From: Desulfatiglandales bacterium
GTDB lineage: Bacteria > Desulfobacterota > DSM-4660 > Desulfatiglandales > Desulfatiglandaceae
Length of the DNA: 64,000 nucleotides
Assembly (NCBI GenBank): GCA_963666345.1
Contig: OY762721.1
Location: forward strand, 1,408,001-1,472,000
Direction: 5' to 3'
Part shown: piece after piece, positions 9,141-18,957 of the stretch
How the letters are laid out: the number at the start of each line of letters is the position of its first letter
Position numbering within the stretch: position 1 is the first letter of the stretch
Notes under the pieces: generated by a model
What the model saw: only the letters and a program-made list of their open reading frames with translations
Database searches by the model: none
What the model was told of the DNA's origin: nothing
Position numbers and translations under genes: made by a program

Positions 9141-10643
9141 TCAGTATTCCTCTCCCCAGGTTTTCTCAATTACTTCTCTGCCATCATTAATGGCCTTCAT
9201 GAATAGATTATGAGATCTGTTTTCTAATTCCTTTGCTTCTGCTCTTTTATTAAATGCACTGACAACAATATTATGAATTTGCTTACCATTATCTTTTGGC
9301 AATTTAATAGCGATTGATTCAAATTGAAAAGCTCTCAATCTTTTTTGAACTGAGCCATAAGATAATTTTTCCAATTGAATTTGACCGTACGGAGACGAAA
9401 GGAATGCATATAAAAAGCCTGAGTAAATCTTCCTATTATTCGGTATTAACCTCATAACATCCTGAGTCATAATCCAGCCCTCAAAATTTTTATATACGAA
9501 AAGCGTTCTACCAACTGTCCCACCAGAGCTAACCAATACCCATCCTCTTTTAACTCTTTCATTGTCAATATTCTTAGTCTTTGCAATTGAAATATAACTC
9601 AGGTTATTTTGTTGCATTTGGCACAAGCTCTTTCCACCTAGAAGAGGAACTCCATTTTCGTCTTCTTCAACATAAACTCTTTTTCTAAGGTTAGAGTCAA
9701 AAACATCTTCCAGTAGAAGGCCTAATTTTGCCCCCTCCTTTTGACGCAGAAGGTAATCCTGCAAGGCGCTTGATATGGGCTCATGGAAATTTGTGTCAAC
9801 CCTCAATTCGCCAAAATTTTCAACACTGCCAATCCTATTTCCAAAATTGACTGAAAATATCTCAGCATCAGTTTCTGCCTTTTCATCATAAGAAGACTTA
9901 AATCCTTCAATATCTGGTAAATTAAGTTGGGCTTGGACCTCCTGCTCCGCGTCATCCAAAAGTCGGTTGGCCTCCACGCGCAGATCACTGGTTTTTTTTA
10001 CCAAGCGGGTTAGCTCTTCACGAAGCCGAAGAGGGAGCTTTGGAATGGGAAGCGGACCGACATCCTGTTCATAAATATGCGAAACTACTGATCCAGATTG
10101 GCTTCTTTTCAATAAAAATTGTCCTGGAGGGCTTTGAAAAAGACAGTATAATGTCCCTATCTGGTCAGTAAATTTGGCCCTAACTCTGAGAGCATCAACT
10201 GTGACTGCCCAGTTATCCATCCTTTCATCAACTATTCTTATATTACCAACACTCCCTGACATGGAAATTAAAATCATGTCTTTTTTTACAATAAAAAAAT
10301 CGACATTTTTTGTTCGTGATTTTGATAAATAAAGATTGGGCGTAGGCCTAATCTCCATCATACCGGAGGTATTCAGATAGGGTATTCCCAGTTCTGGATC
10401 TTTTACAAAAACCCTTGTTTGAACGCCATACCATTTAACATCTGCAAAATCATTTATTGTCTTTATCTGAAATCCTGACTGTCGCATTGCCTGCACTGAG
10501 CGGTATCCCTCAGATGCGTAAAATCCCGCCTCCATACGGTGCGGAGGAGAGTAAATCGCTCCACTGTTCAACGCATAGGTTTCGGCCCGGCATCGATTCC
10601 GGACAGACTCATGCGGCCAGTACATCGCTGGTTCAGCTCCCAT
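9141..10643 (-). CDS. restriction-modification specificity subunit (HsdS/MAD5-like, two TRDs)
   Basis: Two TRD-like repeats (DMILISMSGSVG; WVLVSSGGTVG...YAFLSSPYGQIQL..GSVQ) separated by a helical spacer. ATG 10643 with GGAGG RBS overlapping the MTase stop is preferred over 10790. Confidence 0.8.
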   Translation of the reverse strand: MGAEPAMYWPHESVRNRCRAETYALNSGAIYSPPHRMEAGFYASEGYRSVQAMRQSGFQIKTINDFADVKWYGVQTRVFVKDPELGIPYLNTSGMMEIRPTPNLYLSKSRTKNVDFFIVKKDMILISMSGSVGNIRIVDERMDNWAVTVDALRVRAKFTDQIGTLYCLFQSPPGQFLLKRSQSGSVVSHIYEQDVGPLPIPKLPLRLREELTRLVKKTSDLRVEANRLLDDAEQEVQAQLNLPDIEGFKSSYDEKAETDAEIFSVNFGNRIGSVENFGELRVDTNFHEPISSALQDYLLRQKEGAKLGLLLEDVFDSNLRKRVYVEEDENGVPLLGGKSLCQMQQNNLSYISIAKTKNIDNERVKRGWVLVSSGGTVGRTLFVYKNFEGWIMTQDVMRLIPNNRKIYSGFLYAFLSSPYGQIQLEKLSYGSVQKRLRAFQFESIAIKLPKDNGKQIHNIVVSAFNKRAEAKELENRSHNLFMKAINDGREVIEKTWGEEY

Positions 10644-12792
10644 TAGCCCCTCCATTTTTAAGAAAGTCATGGTAGGCCTTGGCGACAAACGGCAGGTCAT
10701 CATCCACCATGCGGCCGTATTCATCCACTTCCGGCAGGAATTCATATACGCCGGTGTTCTTACATTGTTCATGGAGGTCCTTGCCTTCAAAGCTGCGGAA
10801 GTGGTTCAGTTCAGTGCCGTCGGCATCGCGCTTGAATACCTGGTTACCCCGCCTGTCCTTACCCACCTTTTTGGCGATAGCCATGAAGATTTTATAGTCA
10901 AGGGGCTTTCCGGCAAAACTTTCCTGGTTCAGTTCCTCCGTGGATTTGCGCCGCAAAAAGACCAGATGAGTCTGGATGCCCACCTTGGGGAGGAAAAGCT
11001 CCACCGGCATGCCGACCAGCGCGAGGACCTGACAATGGCGCAGAATCCATGCCCGGATGTATTCATCATCTGGATTTCCCAGTATGCCGTTGGGAAGAAC
11101 GATGCAGCACTTGCCCTTGCCGGGTTTCAAGAGGCGCACCACCCGCTCAATGAAAAGGATTTCCGGGGCTACCCCTTTCTGCATAACACCGGTCTTTTTC
11201 CAAAGCCTTCGTTCCTTGTCGTATTTCCATTTGAAACCCAGATCGTAGCGCCCCAGGATTTCTTCGGAGTCGATCTTAATTTTGGTTCCAAATGGGGGAT
11301 TGGTGGCGATGATGTCAAAGGCCCCCTCCTGGATCTCGGCCTTGAAGTGCTGCTCCACAGGAACTTCTTCAACAGTGACGCCGTCCTGTTCCCACCGTTT
11401 CATTGTGCCCTTTGGAAATTCCCATCGGTCCTGGTCCACTTCCAGTCCATTCAAATGGGTGACGCCGCCCTGGCCGTCGTTGTTCATGACCATGTTCATG
11501 CGGGCAACGCGGACAAGGTTTGGATTGACGTCCAGACCATAGATTTCCTGAGACACAAGTCTCAGGCGACGGATGAACTCCTCTTCCAGACTTTCGTCGC
11601 TCAAGCCTTGGCTTTGCAGGTCCAGCCGAATCTGTTCTGCTATGTAGTTTAGGATGACCACGACGAATCCGCCGGTGCCGCAAGCAGGGTCTATGCATTT
11701 GTCACCAGGCTTGGGGTCCAGCATACGGATGCCCATCTTCACAGCGTTTCGTGGAGTAAAAAATTCCCCACGTGTGCCTTCCAGGTTTTTTCCCACGATT
11801 GCTTCGTAGGCTTCTCCTTTGACATCCACGGAGGAATTCAGAAAATCGTAATGGGCGAGCTGGGCCACCACATAAACGATAATTCTGGGAGAAAGGTCTA
11901 TAGTATCTGCCTGGAAACCGAAAAGCTCTGGATAGCGGGAGCGCACCCGGTCATAGAGTTCATCCACTCGGGCCTTGACGGCCTGGGCTTTGGCGGGGTC
12001 GTTGCGCTCTTCCAGGCTGACGATCTTGAACAGGCCTTCCGCTTCGGGCGTGCCCGGTTCCGCTGCCTGCATCTGGCGTTCATCCTCGATCTTGGCAAAA
12101 ACGATCTTGAGAAACTCCCAGAAAACAGCTTCATTGGAGCCCCCACGCATCGCATAAATATAGTCATGGCAACGGCGAAAGGCTTGGCGCAAGGAACCGG
12201 AGACCGCTTTGCGGAGCTTCTTTCTGCCCGGTGCAAAGCTGTCTTCCAGGTCCTTGCCGAAACGCGGGATATCATTGATGAGAAGGGTCCGGGTTTTTAT
12301 GGCATCCGTCTTTTTCCAATAGACGATTCGCTCGGTGCCGTTGGTCCAGACGGCGTATTCCGCGGCCGGCGTATCCCGCAGGAATTCAGCCAGGCACCCG
12401 GCCCCTTTTTTGGAATCGTCGGGCTTGGTTTTGGAAGGGAGAATGTCTATCAGAATATACAGGCGTTCCTGGATGTTTTTGGAACCCTTGTTCCCATTCA
12501 AAACCAACAGAGAAAAATTTTTCGCTTTCAACTGGCGAGGTTTGACGCGGATATTCCGGCGTATGAGGTCCTTGTAGTCGGCATCCTCATATCCGAACTC
12601 CTCCAGGAGTTTCCGTTCCTCCTCTTGCCGATGGGATTCCTTTTCGTTGAGCTTGACAGCCTCTCCAGTGATGAGATCGGCAACCATCCCGTCGCTGATC
12701 TCATCATCCGAATCCTGCTCAAGCACCTCGGGTTCTTCGTTTACATTTTTTTCTTTAGCCTTGGGAGGCCGTCCTCTTTTTTTAGCGACCAT
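10633..12792 (-). CDS. N6-adenine DNA methyltransferase (type I M/MAD2-like) with N-terminal HSDR_N-like domain
   Basis: GEFFTPR, DPACGTGGF (motif I), TNPPFG (motif IV), VLPNGIL. Confidence 0.92.
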   Translation of the reverse strand: MVAKKRGRPPKAKEKNVNEEPEVLEQDSDDEISDGMVADLITGEAVKLNEKESHRQEEERKLLEEFGYEDADYKDLIRRNIRVKPRQLKAKNFSLLVLNGNKGSKNIQERLYILIDILPSKTKPDDSKKGAGCLAEFLRDTPAAEYAVWTNGTERIVYWKKTDAIKTRTLLINDIPRFGKDLEDSFAPGRKKLRKAVSGSLRQAFRRCHDYIYAMRGGSNEAVFWEFLKIVFAKIEDERQMQAAEPGTPEAEGLFKIVSLEERNDPAKAQAVKARVDELYDRVRSRYPELFGFQADTIDLSPRIIVYVVAQLAHYDFLNSSVDVKGEAYEAIVGKNLEGTRGEFFTPRNAVKMGIRMLDPKPGDKCIDPACGTGGFVVVILNYIAEQIRLDLQSQGLSDESLEEEFIRRLRLVSQEIYGLDVNPNLVRVARMNMVMNNDGQGGVTHLNGLEVDQDRWEFPKGTMKRWEQDGVTVEEVPVEQHFKAEIQEGAFDIIATNPPFGTKIKIDSEEILGRYDLGFKWKYDKERRLWKKTGVMQKGVAPEILFIERVVRLLKPGKGKCCIVLPNGILGNPDDEYIRAWILRHCQVLALVGMPVELFLPKVGIQTHLVFLRRKSTEELNQESFAGKPLDYKIFMAIAKKVGKDRRGNQVFKRDADGTELNHFRSFEGKDLHEQCKNTGVYEFLPEVDEYGRMVDDDLPFVAKAYHDFLKNGGANGS

Positions 12793-12802
12793 ATATCCTC
12801 GT

Positions 12803-14563
12803 TCACGCAGCCTGACTCGGCGTGGTTATTTCTCCCTCATAGATTATGAAGCGGGGTGCAATGACCTGAGAGTTGGAGGCGTCGGCCAGATCGGTGAAAA
12901 AACCGAGTTGGCGAAGCCTTGTTTTGAGAGCATCAAAATTATCTGCCATACCGCGGTTTACCTGCTCCTGTTCAGGCCGATCCTGTGATAGGCTCAGGCG
13001 GTCAATGAGCAGTCCGTATCTGGCTGCGAGCCAGTCCACAAACTGGCGGATGGGAATGGGCCTAGTCTGAAATTTGCCATCGTTTTTTCTTTGCTCCAGG
13101 ACCGCTAACTGAATCAGGACCTCCATCAATTCGTTTCCCAATACAAAGCGGCGCTTGACACGGCCTTTGCCGGCCAAAAAGCCATATTCCTGGTCTATGC
13201 CGCAAAGCCCCGCGATGAGCTTACGATGTTGCTCCCGCAGGGTGCCATACTGGAAATGAACTAAAATTTCCACGAACGTCTCCAGCTTATTGAGATTTCT
13301 TTTTTGGCAGACATCAATGATGCGTTGCACCTCTTGGTTTATCTCGCCGGTTTCGGGGTCCCTACAACTTTCAATGACCTGCTGGATGTCCCGGTTGAAA
13401 TATCCATTAATATCGGAGTGATCTCGAAAGCCCTGCAACAAAAGGGTGGCGAACCGCTTTCCACTTTGATTCCTCTGTTCCTGAGTCAGATAGGATTCCG
13501 CAAACTCCTCTAGTTTTTTAAAAAAATAAGCAGAGCGGAAATAGGCTTCCAATTCCTTAAAAAACTCCATGTAACATCGTTCGCTAAGGCTTTTCACCAC
13601 CGGATCATTGCCGTTGGTCATGTCACAGAACAGGTCTAGATCAAAAGGGGCGTGTGTCCGAGCTTCCCCCACGGAAGGCACATCGCCGCGAGAAGACGGG
13701 AATTTGACGTTGGCGACAAGGTAGTTCGTGATTTTCACCACCTGGAAAACGTAAAGTGCCGTGTGAAAGACCATCAATGTGGTCATATAATTGATCAATT
13801 CGCGCCTTGGGATAAAGTTTTTATAAAGAAAAAGGAGCTTGAGATCCTGTCGTAAGAGGTCAATCTGCTCAGGGCACAGAAAAGAAAAGATTGGGACCGA
13901 ATCTTCTCGTCTGCTGCTAAATTTATCCACATCAAAGGGCTCGGTGAGGCGAAGTAAAAACAATAGTTCCACATCCAGGCGTTTGGCCTGCGCCAGATCC
14001 TTTAGTTTGTTTTCATCGATTCTCAAATCTGTATCCCCGTGAAACTTGACCCCCATTCCGAAAAATTCCCGCAAAAGTGAATCCGGGTTGCTGTAGAGAA
14101 TGGGATCTTCCTGGAGCACGTTGAACAGAAAATCGCTCAAGTAGCGATCCTGGCGTTTTACACGGGGGTTGAACAGCTTGATGACGGAAAAATGAAGGGG
14201 CCTTAGGCCGGACATGCGATATTGCCCGCCCTTGGCTTTACCTTTGCGAGCCATGAGCGCAAAGTGTGATTCCACCCATGATGTCACGAGATTCCTGCGC
14301 TCTTCATTATCCATGCCTCGGAGCGTGCTGGGATTTAATGAAAGCACCGCATCCACAACGGCTTTTGGGGTTTCGGCATCCGTTGAGTCACTGGTGAAAA
14401 CCGTTTTGTCGGTGCGTATGATTTGCCTACCGTTAGTTCGAAGATAGACAAAAAGGCGGCTTATAGCTTCTTCAATATCGATATTGTTGGCGTCCAAAGG
14501 CAAAATTTTGTTCGTCTTGAAAAGTTTCTGCTGCCTCGTCAGGAGGTTTTTTGGGTTCGGCAT
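12803..14563 (-). CDS. DptG/MAD7-like defence protein
   Basis: 586 aa; C-terminal FVDWLAARYGL...NFDALKTRLRQLGFFTDLADA resembles the DptG/MAD7 terminus; operon position fits. Confidence 0.65.
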   Translation of the reverse strand: MPNPKNLLTRQQKLFKTNKILPLDANNIDIEEAISRLFVYLRTNGRQIIRTDKTVFTSDSTDAETPKAVVDAVLSLNPSTLRGMDNEERRNLVTSWVESHFALMARKGKAKGGQYRMSGLRPLHFSVIKLFNPRVKRQDRYLSDFLFNVLQEDPILYSNPDSLLREFFGMGVKFHGDTDLRIDENKLKDLAQAKRLDVELLFLLRLTEPFDVDKFSSRREDSVPIFSFLCPEQIDLLRQDLKLLFLYKNFIPRRELINYMTTLMVFHTALYVFQVVKITNYLVANVKFPSSRGDVPSVGEARTHAPFDLDLFCDMTNGNDPVVKSLSERCYMEFFKELEAYFRSAYFFKKLEEFAESYLTQEQRNQSGKRFATLLLQGFRDHSDINGYFNRDIQQVIESCRDPETGEINQEVQRIIDVCQKRNLNKLETFVEILVHFQYGTLREQHRKLIAGLCGIDQEYGFLAGKGRVKRRFVLGNELMEVLIQLAVLEQRKNDGKFQTRPIPIRQFVDWLAARYGLLIDRLSLSQDRPEQEQVNRGMADNFDALKTRLRQLGFFTDLADASNSQVIAPRFIIYEGEITTPSQAA

Positions 14564-14574
14564 TGAACTCTCCT

Positions 14575-16419
14575 CTATAGGGCCGTGAGCGTGACGCCGT
14601 TTTGTGGTGTCCGTTTCAGCTTGTAAACCTGGTAATCCGTTTCCGTCAGAAGAAGCTCTTCTGACGGAATGGACATGAGCTGCTTTTTGAACATGAGGAG
14701 GTTGAGAAAAAAGGTCCGCATCTCGCCCGCTGTGGGCAAATAGCCCTCCCGGATGCGCATGAGCATTTCATAAAGGTCCAGGGATATCTCGAGGTCAATA
14801 GTTCGAGGGTCATGGCGGAACAGAATGCTGGAGGGAAGGTATTCAATATAGGCCGCTTGTCTTCCCGCCGGTGTTAGTTGGAGGCTGAAATCCGTTGCCG
14901 GATAGGTGAAAAAGCCCTTTACTCGGGCTCGCAGGTCCTGCCGTGTGCGAATGCAAACATTTTCTCTGCCTCGCTGGAGATCGTAAATGCCTTCTGATCG
15001 GCTGATTCCTTCGATAATCTTTTCTTTCAGTTCATCATCCTCATCTTGTCCTGTGGCTATAAAGCTTAAGAATTCCGGAATATTGTCATAGGGCAGCAAC
15101 TCTTCCCAAAGAATGTTCTCCGATCCGGTCAAGGCCTCTCGATTGCCTTCAAAAAAAAGCTTACGCCGCAGGGTGACCACATAACGCCGGGCTGCGTTTA
15201 AGGCATCTTGAGTTCTCTCTTCCGGACTCATAGGGCGCTGGTTATACAGACGGAGAAGACCCTCCTCGTCTATACGGGTGCGCCCCAAATGGGTGATCCG
15301 GTCATTGGTGTATTCCAAAAACAACTTTCTGCATTCCAGGTTTGTGGGGCGTGTGAAGCTCAAACGTGAATCTATATTGGGCGTGCTGGCCTTACCCACG
15401 TCAAATTCTCGAATGTACTCTAAAATGCGGTCTTTTTCATAATCGCTGAAAATCGCATTGTAATAATAACGATCCGTAAAATCTGCGACTCCTGACTGGA
15501 TCTCCTGTTTGATCTGTGCGCAGGTCTTTTTACCAAAGATGGCAAAAGCCAAAATAGAGCGCAGATCGCGAACGGTAACATGGATCCGTTTCCGGAAATG
15601 GAGAATTTGAAAGATCGCCTTCAAGCGAGCCCTCGCCTTGCGCGCGGCCTCGTTTCTTTCGGTTGTGGCTTCGGAATCACGACCGGAAAGCCCATCATTG
15701 GGAAAATAGCGAAAAGTGTCGACATTAAACTTTACGGGACACTTTGCGCGCGCAACGCAGGAATCACAATCCGCCCAGAATTCATTAGCAACGTAACGGT
15801 CTAAAATATTGTCAAAAAGGCACTCGCCGAGATTACTTGTGGCATCTACGACAGATCGAAGATTCAAGTTGACGACTACGATATCTTCTGAAAGAGGTCC
15901 ACCTTTTAAGAGATGGTCGAGCAAAGTAGCGCTTAACCAAGGATGTTCTGTGCTGTTTGAGAGGAAATCCCGGAGTTTTCCTTCATTCATGGCAATGATA
16001 AGACGCTCACCAACTTCACATGGTGATTGGCCTTCAAACGGCTTAAAAAAATCAGAAAGCATTTCTAGATTGGTTTTCCCTTGGGCTTCAACGGAACCAT
16101 CATACAGCGTTCGGAATGTTTTCCCGGACACCTCAAAGGTTGAGCCAATCGAGTCTATCCTATTTATGGTTGCCCCTTGCCTTTTAGCTAACTTTTCCAA
16201 CATCTGGATAAAGGCCGTTTTTCCATCTCCAGCATTTCCGGTTAGTATGACAAGGCGGAAGCGACCTAGAAGGATCGCCGGGGCCAAATCCGTATCCAGT
16301 CTGGTCTGCACATAGGTTTTACGAGCCAACTCGGTTTCAAGTCCACGAGTCAACCCATTCCCCGCGTCAGACTGGCTGTAAAACATCAAAAAGCCGTCAA
16401 GATATCTGTTGTAGCCCAT
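14575..16419 (-). CDS. DptF-like P-loop protein (resembles the C-terminal half of MAD6, without kinase domain)
   Basis: YSQS..GN..TRGL...TYVQTRLD, LVILTGNAGDGKT Walker A, IIAMNEGKLRDFL, CxxC...CPVKFN, VTVRDLRS. Confidence 0.75.
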   Translation of the reverse strand: MGYNRYLDGFLMFYSQSDAGNGLTRGLETELARKTYVQTRLDTDLAPAILLGRFRLVILTGNAGDGKTAFIQMLEKLAKRQGATINRIDSIGSTFEVSGKTFRTLYDGSVEAQGKTNLEMLSDFFKPFEGQSPCEVGERLIIAMNEGKLRDFLSNSTEHPWLSATLLDHLLKGGPLSEDIVVVNLNLRSVVDATSNLGECLFDNILDRYVANEFWADCDSCVARAKCPVKFNVDTFRYFPNDGLSGRDSEATTERNEAARKARARLKAIFQILHFRKRIHVTVRDLRSILAFAIFGKKTCAQIKQEIQSGVADFTDRYYYNAIFSDYEKDRILEYIREFDVGKASTPNIDSRLSFTRPTNLECRKLFLEYTNDRITHLGRTRIDEEGLLRLYNQRPMSPEERTQDALNAARRYVVTLRRKLFFEGNREALTGSENILWEELLPYDNIPEFLSFIATGQDEDDELKEKIIEGISRSEGIYDLQRGRENVCIRTRQDLRARVKGFFTYPATDFSLQLTPAGRQAAYIEYLPSSILFRHDPRTIDLEISLDLYEMLMRIREGYLPTAGEMRTFFLNLLMFKKQLMSIPSEELLLTETDYQVYKLKRTPQNGVTLTAL

Positions 16420-16894
16420 ACCCCCCCCCTGACAATCTGCAATTATGGCAACTTTTCAACTTAAAAACAAATAACTTTTTACAAAAATAAATAATAATGT
16501 CAATGCCATCACAAAAAAATATAGCTTTGCATAAGATGGCATAATGGGCTGCATCAAAAGATATTATCTGATTTTACACTCACAGGCAGGATATAAGTGG
16601 GATAGAAAATCTAAAGTGAGTCTATATTATTGAATTAATGCAAATATTAATAAAAATGTTGTTCAATCCTTTTAATAATCTATGTGTTAAAATATTTATT
16701 CTTTTTTGACAAAATAGCTGTTATTATGAATATAATGAATTATAAATATTTTGTATCGTCTTATACTTTTATGTTACAAAATCGTTATACGTTATTTATC
16801 AAAAATTGCAGAATGCCATACCTATCGTCATCCTTACTCTAGAACTATGTGACGTTGCAACTGAGGCATAGGATATGCAGGAAAAATCCAAATT

Positions 16895-17515
16895 ATGAAA
16901 AAGCCATCCAAATTAAAATATCCAAATTTTGAAGCTAAGTATCCATGGTTGTCTATTCTCTTTAAAGCTTACTATAGGAATGATGTGGGCATATATAAAG
17001 AACTGAAGATATTTACCAAAGAGTCAAGACGAAAAATAGCCTGCAAAAAAGGCTGTTTTACTTGTTGTTTAAATCCTGTCGTTCCAATAACCCTGATAGA
17101 ATTAATGGGAATTTCATGGTATATATCAGAAATAATAGACGATTTTGCAATACGAGAACAACTTAAAGGTCAAATGTTGCAAAATAAAGAGACTCCTGTC
17201 TGTCCTTTTCTTATAAATAATGAATGTTCCATATACCCGATCAGGCCCATAGCCTGCAGAGAATTCTTTATGACTGGATTACCCTGTAGGCCAAATGAAG
17301 ACCCAATCGTTTCTAGGCCTAATGACATTTGGTTTCCGTCCAGGAATATTGCGAGGAAGACTGCAATGGAGCTTTTATCTTTTTACGACTTCCAAACTGA
17401 CACCGAAAAGCTTCGAGCATATGAAGCTGGATATATTTCTCAGAATTCAAGCGATATGCATTCAATTGATTGGTCTCAAATGATTTCAACTATGAATCTA
17501 TTTGAAACTGCATAA
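16895..17515 (+). CDS. YkgJ family cysteine-cluster protein (putative integron cassette)
   Basis: CKKGCFTCC and CPFL...CSIYPIRPIACR; AT-rich; stop codon lies within the attC R'' box. Confidence 0.85.
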   Translation: MKKPSKLKYPNFEAKYPWLSILFKAYYRNDVGIYKELKIFTKESRRKIACKKGCFTCCLNPVVPITLIELMGISWYISEIIDDFAIREQLKGQMLQNKETPVCPFLINNECSIYPIRPIACREFFMTGLPCRPNEDPIVSRPNDIWFPSRNIARKTAMELLSFYDFQTDTEKLRAYEAGYISQNSSDMHSIDWSQMISTMNLFETA

Positions 17516-17574
17516 CCACGCTCTTTCATCAGCGGATCGTAAGAAACCGCGCCTGCTGAAGAGCCACGTTGGCC
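17510..17574 (+). mobile_element. integron attC-like site
   Basis: GCATAAC...GCTCTT..CAGCGG...CCTGCTGAAGAGC...GTTGGCC: AAC/GTT ends with an internal imperfect palindrome, between two co-oriented ORFs. Confidence 0.7.
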
Positions 17575-17602
17575 TTGATCATAAGGATAAAGTAGAGAAA
17601 AC

Positions 17603-18682
17603 ATGTCGGGTCGCCCTGAACAAGCGAGACAAGGATCGATAGTCAAGCATCACCCTGACGGGTTCCCCTTGTTCTTTGACAAGAGGAAACCGCGTGTAGT
17701 CACAGCTGACCCTTGGGCATATCTTTCGCATTTGGCGGTCGGACGCTTGAGTGGTGACCAAAAGGGCGAAGCACTTGCCTTCATTGAGCAGGCTTTTGAT
17801 TTTTACGAGGCAGCACAGAATCCACAACTCGGTTCAAAACCCCTTCTTTACTACTATTCGTTTCTGAATCTTGCAAAAGCAGCGCTCCTTATTTCTGGGG
17901 TACAAATTCCACTCAACGCGACGCATGGAATAAGCGATCCTAGGGCCAACATTAGAGAACGACTCCGTTTCGAAGGGCAGAAAATCTCTATACCTATGCC
18001 CGCTAGAAACCATTCATCAATTTTTCCAGAGTTTTTATCAATGCTCGGAGCACCTCCTAGGACCGACAGAAGAATGCGAGTAATAGACATCATTGGTCTC
18101 CTGCCATGTATCCATCGCACCTACTGCACCGTAATAAGGCAGAAGCCTATCTTTCTGCCTGTCTCTCGCTTCGAGGTTCGTCACTCAGGGGGTGAAGTAT
18201 GGGTGAGAATGGTGGTTAAGCGCCAAGATGACGACGTTCAGAAGGTTTTGCCTATAATTCGAAAGCGGCAGACTTGGCTACGAGTGTTGCACCAGGTAGA
18301 ATCAAAGTGTGAGTCGGAATTGTGGTTTGAGACTACGCCGGCACCCGGTGCGCGAAGGGGATTAGACAATGGTATCAAGGAACATGCACTTGCGCTCCGT
18401 AATCTCGGGCCTGCCTGTATCCTGACGGCACGAGGCTATCGCTTCTATCTACCAGAACTCACACCCGCGAACAGACTCCCGTGTCTCGCGGCATCATACG
18501 CGAGTATGTTCTATCTCGGTTCGATCACTCGATACAAACCACACTATTTTGATAAAATAGCTGTTGGGAAATACCAATGGATAGTAGAAGAGCTCATGGC
18601 GACACAGCCTCTGCAATTTTTATACAAGCTTGCGAGCTGGCTTGCAGGCGTCGATGTCGTGCGACCCTACGCCAGCGTATAA
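17603..18682 (+). CDS. YaaC family protein (putative integron cassette)
   Basis: KPLLYYYSFLNLAKA, HGI and MFYLGSITRYKP motifs typical of YaaC-like proteins. Confidence 0.75.
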   Translation: MSGRPEQARQGSIVKHHPDGFPLFFDKRKPRVVTADPWAYLSHLAVGRLSGDQKGEALAFIEQAFDFYEAAQNPQLGSKPLLYYYSFLNLAKAALLISGVQIPLNATHGISDPRANIRERLRFEGQKISIPMPARNHSSIFPEFLSMLGAPPRTDRRMRVIDIIGLLPCIHRTYCTVIRQKPIFLPVSRFEVRHSGGEVWVRMVVKRQDDDVQKVLPIIRKRQTWLRVLHQVESKCESELWFETTPAPGARRGLDNGIKEHALALRNLGPACILTARGYRFYLPELTPANRLPCLAASYASMFYLGSITRYKPHYFDKIAVGKYQWIVEELMATQPLQFLYKLASWLAGVDVVRPYASV

Positions 18683-18695
18683 GAAGAGCATGGGC

Positions 18696-18763
18696 GCCTA
18701 CACTCTAAATCAGGGGCAAAGCGGCGCGGTTTTAAGCGACGGTATGTAGATCTGTTGGTTAGC
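18696..18763 (+). mobile_element. degenerate attC-like site
   Basis: Directly after the YaaC stop, ends in GTTAGC and contains GCGGCGCGGTTTT; pairing is poor. Confidence 0.3.
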
Positions 18764-18840
18764 AGCGCCATATCAAGAAGATAATATCAGGCATCTTTTA
18801 CTTTCATAAACCACAATGCGATATGAAGCTGTTTAACTAA

Positions 18841-18957
18841 ACAATATCCAAGCCCTTACCTTAACAAAAAATCCTGAAAAATTTTTACACGGATAAGTGA
18901 TAGTAGGGGGGGTAACTCAAGTCTCCGGGTTTTCTTTCCTTTTTCTGCACTCTGGAC
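18841..18957 (+). repeat. G-run motif, copy 1 of 3
   Basis: AAAAATCCTGAAAAATTTT.ACACGGATAAGT...G7..AACTCAAGTCTCCGG, shared with 29550-29645 and 20474-20568. Confidence 0.85.

Noticed and set aside
10644..10790. N-terminal extension of the S subunit as given in the ORF track
   Set aside because: Overlaps the MTase by 158 bp; ATG 10643 has a good RBS
10669..12849. 327-aa and 332-aa plus-strand ORFs
   Set aside because: Antisense to the methyltransferase, with no motifs
3804..16419. Classical type I R-M or Dnd phosphorothioation system
   Set aside because: No HsdR DEAD translocase and no dndA-E genes in the window
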